A DNA stretch of 39,896 nucleotides from Octopus bimaculoides (lineage: Eukaryota), in NCBI RefSeq assembly GCF_001194135.2, contig NC_068981.1, positions 169,616,654 to 169,656,549 of the forward strand, read 5' to 3'. A program made the position numbers and the translations under genes. Under the pieces are notes generated by a model. That model did no database searches, was not told the DNA's origin, and saw only the letters and a program-made list of their open reading frames with translations. This document shows, piece after piece, positions 36,687-39,896 of the stretch (the stretch's first letter is position 1; the number at the start of each line of letters is the position of its first letter).

Positions 36687-36946
36687 TTTAATTTGTATAT
36701 CTCTACCCTTTATAGATATCAAAAAATATTCCCCTTTATGAAACATACTTTCTAGGCAGTTAATTAATTTATGTGCTACTAACATGTGTGACCTTTCTGA
36801 AATACATCATTAAGCTCACATCAATCTTCTTCTGGAAGCAGAGATCCTTTAAAATGAAAATGTTTGATTAATCTCTCGGAATGCAGCTCAAAGTTATTCT
36901 TTATGGATCTGGTTCCAAGTGCCATTGAGTGAATGAAAAAAGTTTC
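36687..36946 (-). pseudogene. Pseudo-exon resembling the RNF213 N-terminal CBM20-like domain
   Basis: tttaaacag| acceptor and AAA|gtaagt donor. Reading through one TGA and removing one CA from GGTCACACATG gives 86 codons: ETFFIHSMALGTRSIKNNFELHSERLIKHFHFKGSLLPEED*CELNDVFQKGHMLVAHKLINCLESMFHKGEYFLISIKGRDIQIK. An internal acceptor at 36797 would give an intact 110-nt exon instead. Confidence 0.4.
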
Positions 36947-37946
36947 CTGTTTAAATGCTTTCACATGCACTTTGAAAGTCCTTGTCGGAACAAAGTGGAG
37001 AAAAAGTGCTTTTTTTTTAGATTTTCCAGTAAAAGCACAACATAATTTTCATGTTCAAAAGAAAAAAAAAAAGATTTATAACATGTGAAAGAAAAAAATT
37101 AAAAATTTTTGGCTACTGACATTTTCCTCCCACATCGTGAGTTCGTCTTAACAGATAGATTGTCTAGTTACTTAGTACAATTATCACTTAGTTGAGTTGG
37201 ATAAAAATGTTCAACAATTGCATATATATATGTTTATTACAATTTATATTCTGTTCCATAGAAAACATCATAAATCATTTATGTCTGAATTTGAATTATA
37301 TTTTTACTAAGTTCTTTTCACATTCGTGTGCAAACACACAGAAAGTTTGAATTAACTTTATTTTTAAGAATTAATCTTATTAAAGAGATAAAGTCGCGTA
37401 CACATTTATTTAATGTAAAGAACTATAGAATTTCTAATCACGCATTATCGCGTTAATATTGGAACTTCATATTTTCGTTTTCTTATACTTCAAGTATTTC
37501 GATAAAGATTACATTGTTGCTCTTTATTGAACGTTCGTGATAAGAGCTTATCACACCTTTGAGATGAAGATTCCGGAAACATAAAGAATTTACTGGAAAC
37601 GCTAATCTAAGAAAAGTAAATTCAATTTTACAGTAGTAGAGATGTCTGATTTACAAATGAAATTTCTAGTTTGAGAATTTCCATTTTTCACTTTATCTAT
37701 TGAAAGATAATACAAAAAACTTAAATATAAACTTATTAGAGAAACATAACGTATACGCCCATTCTCTTCATTTTTTTTTGCTCTCCCTCTCTGTGTACAC
37801 ACATACATACAGGTGTATGAATTCAATTTTATGATTTTTGATGTCTGTTTTTCTTTTTCTCAGCGACAGTTTGATGTATTGGTGAACATTCAAAGGTGCT
37901 GGATATCTTAAAGAGCAAAGGCGTAGTTTAGTAAAAGGTAGCTGGC

Positions 37947-38561
37947 ATGGGGGAAGTGGAATCCGACTGAATATTGGAAAAGAGTTACGTGTATCATGAA
38001 AATTCGTGCCGGCTATCAAATTGACTGTTCTTCACTTCTCTATGAACATTGCAAAAGCTGTAGGACGTGGGATGGGCAGCTACAACGGAGATTACAAAGC
38101 TGTGACCAGAGAAGGGGATGGTGAAGGCATTCTGACAACATCCGCGTGCGGAAATTCATCCAACACCCTCATAAACAGAGCCTCAATCTAAATTCAGACG
38201 GCTTTGTGAAGCTGCTGAAACCATAGCTAGAAGGGGTTTCTGCTAGAAGGCCATATATGTGTGAACAAGATTCAGCTCCTTCCCATCCCTTCGGAAAGGA
38301 TCTAAATGTGTTGTCGTAGAATTTCTACGACTTCACCAGCCCCAATGTTTGTCTTCCTAATTCCCTCGATTATAATCCCATGGGTTACAATGTATTGGAC
38401 GCGGTTGTGAAATACACCAACGACTCTTCCTGCACCACCAATGCTAAGCTGGAGGCCAAGGTCATAGAGGTGTTTGAAGATCTTCTGAAAGACACTCTGG
38501 GGAACGCATGCGCCATTTCCGGACCCGTCTTCAAGCCGTCCTGAAAGATGAGGGCGGCTAG
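37947..38561 (+). mobile_element. Internally deleted Tc1/mariner transposase, maT (DD37D)-type
   Basis: N-terminal EYWKRVTCIMKIRAG, NGDYKAV and SDNIR join directly to catalytic-domain LNSDGFVKLL...RPYMCEQDSAPSH...NFYDFTSPNVCLPNSLDYNPMGY...FRTRLQAVLKDEGG*. Exactly 37 residues lie between the QD aspartate (38269) and the final catalytic position (38383, GGT instead of GAT). Confidence 0.85.
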
Positions 38562-39257
38562 TGCGGGCAAATTATCTCCTAGCCATAATTTAGCTCATAA
38601 TTTCGATTTTTTGGAAGGGATATTGTTTTCTTTTCCTTTTATGCAAACTGTCAAATTTAGCCTGTATAACCAGTATATAAATATATGCGTGAATATATAT
38701 GCATATGTGTGTGCCTGTGAGTGCCCGGATGTTTGGGAATATGTGTATGAGCGTTTTTATGTGAGTGTATATGCGCACGTAGTTGAAACAAAATAAAAAA
38801 AATTACTTCTGATATATATTGTACATTTTTACAAATATCTCTGGGATTTGCAAATCCTGTTGTTGACAGTACAGCGATGGTCACGCTCAGCTGGTGGTAG
38901 ATTCGATCTAGGGATTTTTCATCTCCCAGGATTTGTTCCCGGCAACCTCAAAATTGGAGATAGCTTAATAATATGAGCTTCTCCACTTCAATGCTACCAA
39001 TGCCCATATCTTCGGATATATCTCCCATATTTTCAAACTGGTCTTCAGAGAGTCTTTAGCGGGGCAGTGGGCAACTTTGATACTTGACACCAGAACGAAA
39101 ATGTCCATAAAACAGGCTGTGTTCGAGGTAGCAGAATTTGGCATAGCATTCATGGAGGCACTGCTTACCGTTTACAATAGGAAAGTGATTTTGTGTGTTC
39201 AATTGCTGGATAAACATACATGTGCAAAAATTCGACAAAACCTCTGAATGCTGCATG

Positions 39258-39261
<4 letters not shown>

Positions 39262-39301
<40 letters not shown>
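39262..39301. repeat. (TA)n microsatellite
   Basis: Seen directly. Confidence 0.97.
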
Positions 39302-39303
<2 letters not shown>

Positions 39304-39649
39304 TAATACATATAAACATGTATATATGCATGTATCTATTTAGGTTCGTAAGTAACATTTAGGAAACAAACGAAGGAATGTGGCATTGATGATGAATAGG
39401 ATGGACTTGCCAGGTGAAGAGGAAAACACAGACTTTTAAAGAAAATACCGATCAACAAACAAACGTACACATACGCACTTATATACGTGCGCATGTATGA
39501 TATAATCTTGAATGTGTGTATATGTGTGTATGCACGCGTCTCTATGTATGGTATATTAGTTGCAATAAGTTGAGTAAAGTAGCTTATATCTTGAAGGTCA
39601 GTGTTCACTCCGCATGTGTGCGTTTGCTGTATCCAGAATTGTTTTCGGT

Positions 39650-39896
39650 ATACATATATGCATGCATGTATACTTACATACGTACATACATACATACATT
39701 CATGCATATATATATATATAAATATATATACACACATATAGTTAGATAGATGCGGTAAATATATCTATACCTATCTTCCTTTTTCTCACTCACTATCTCC
39801 ATTTGTCTCTCTCTCCCTCTCTCTCCATATATGTATGTTTTTGCATGTGTGTATGTGTGTGTGGTGGGGTGTTTTTGTGTATACATAGATACATAT
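39650..39896. repeat. Mixed (TACA)/(TA)/(CT)/(TG) low-complexity tract
   Basis: Seen directly. Confidence 0.9.

Noticed and set aside
37800-38680. Possible TIRs for the maT relic (TACAGG ends; GACAGTTTG at 37865 versus CAAACTGTC at 38644)
   Set aside because: Only 6-9 bp matches, not at consistent terminal positions.
1-39896. CRISPR array, rDNA or prokaryotic operon
   Set aside because: No regularly spaced repeats with unique spacers, no rRNA signatures, no dense ORFs.

Overview
AT-rich, microsatellite-dense eukaryotic scaffold window with eight N-gaps. No intact protein-coding gene, rRNA, true tRNA or CRISPR array can be supported. From the SINE families and repeat landscape it looks like cephalopod (Octopus-type) DNA; this is recognition from memory, not a database result. 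Well supported: two tRNA-derived SINE families (one with the CORE-like ACCTTGGGCAAGT motif); five decayed fragments of restriction-like-endonuclease (RLE) non-LTR retrotransposons, all on the + strand (one HERO-like, four R4/Dong-like); an internally deleted maT/DD37D-type Tc1/mariner transposase; a 292-bp TA-bounded fold-back MITE; a perfect 167-bp inverted duplication at gap edges (probable mis-oriented contig); and a diverged inverted duplication 24 kb apart. More speculative: several decayed, partly splice-flanked minus-strand segments (36946 down to about 9300) that weakly but colinearly resemble the N-terminal CBM20-like and stalk region of RNF213/mysterin-like proteins, suggesting a large pseudogene. 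There is also a degenerate minimal hammerhead-ribozyme-like motif in a Penelope-like 3' end. No novel system is established; the leads need homology searches.
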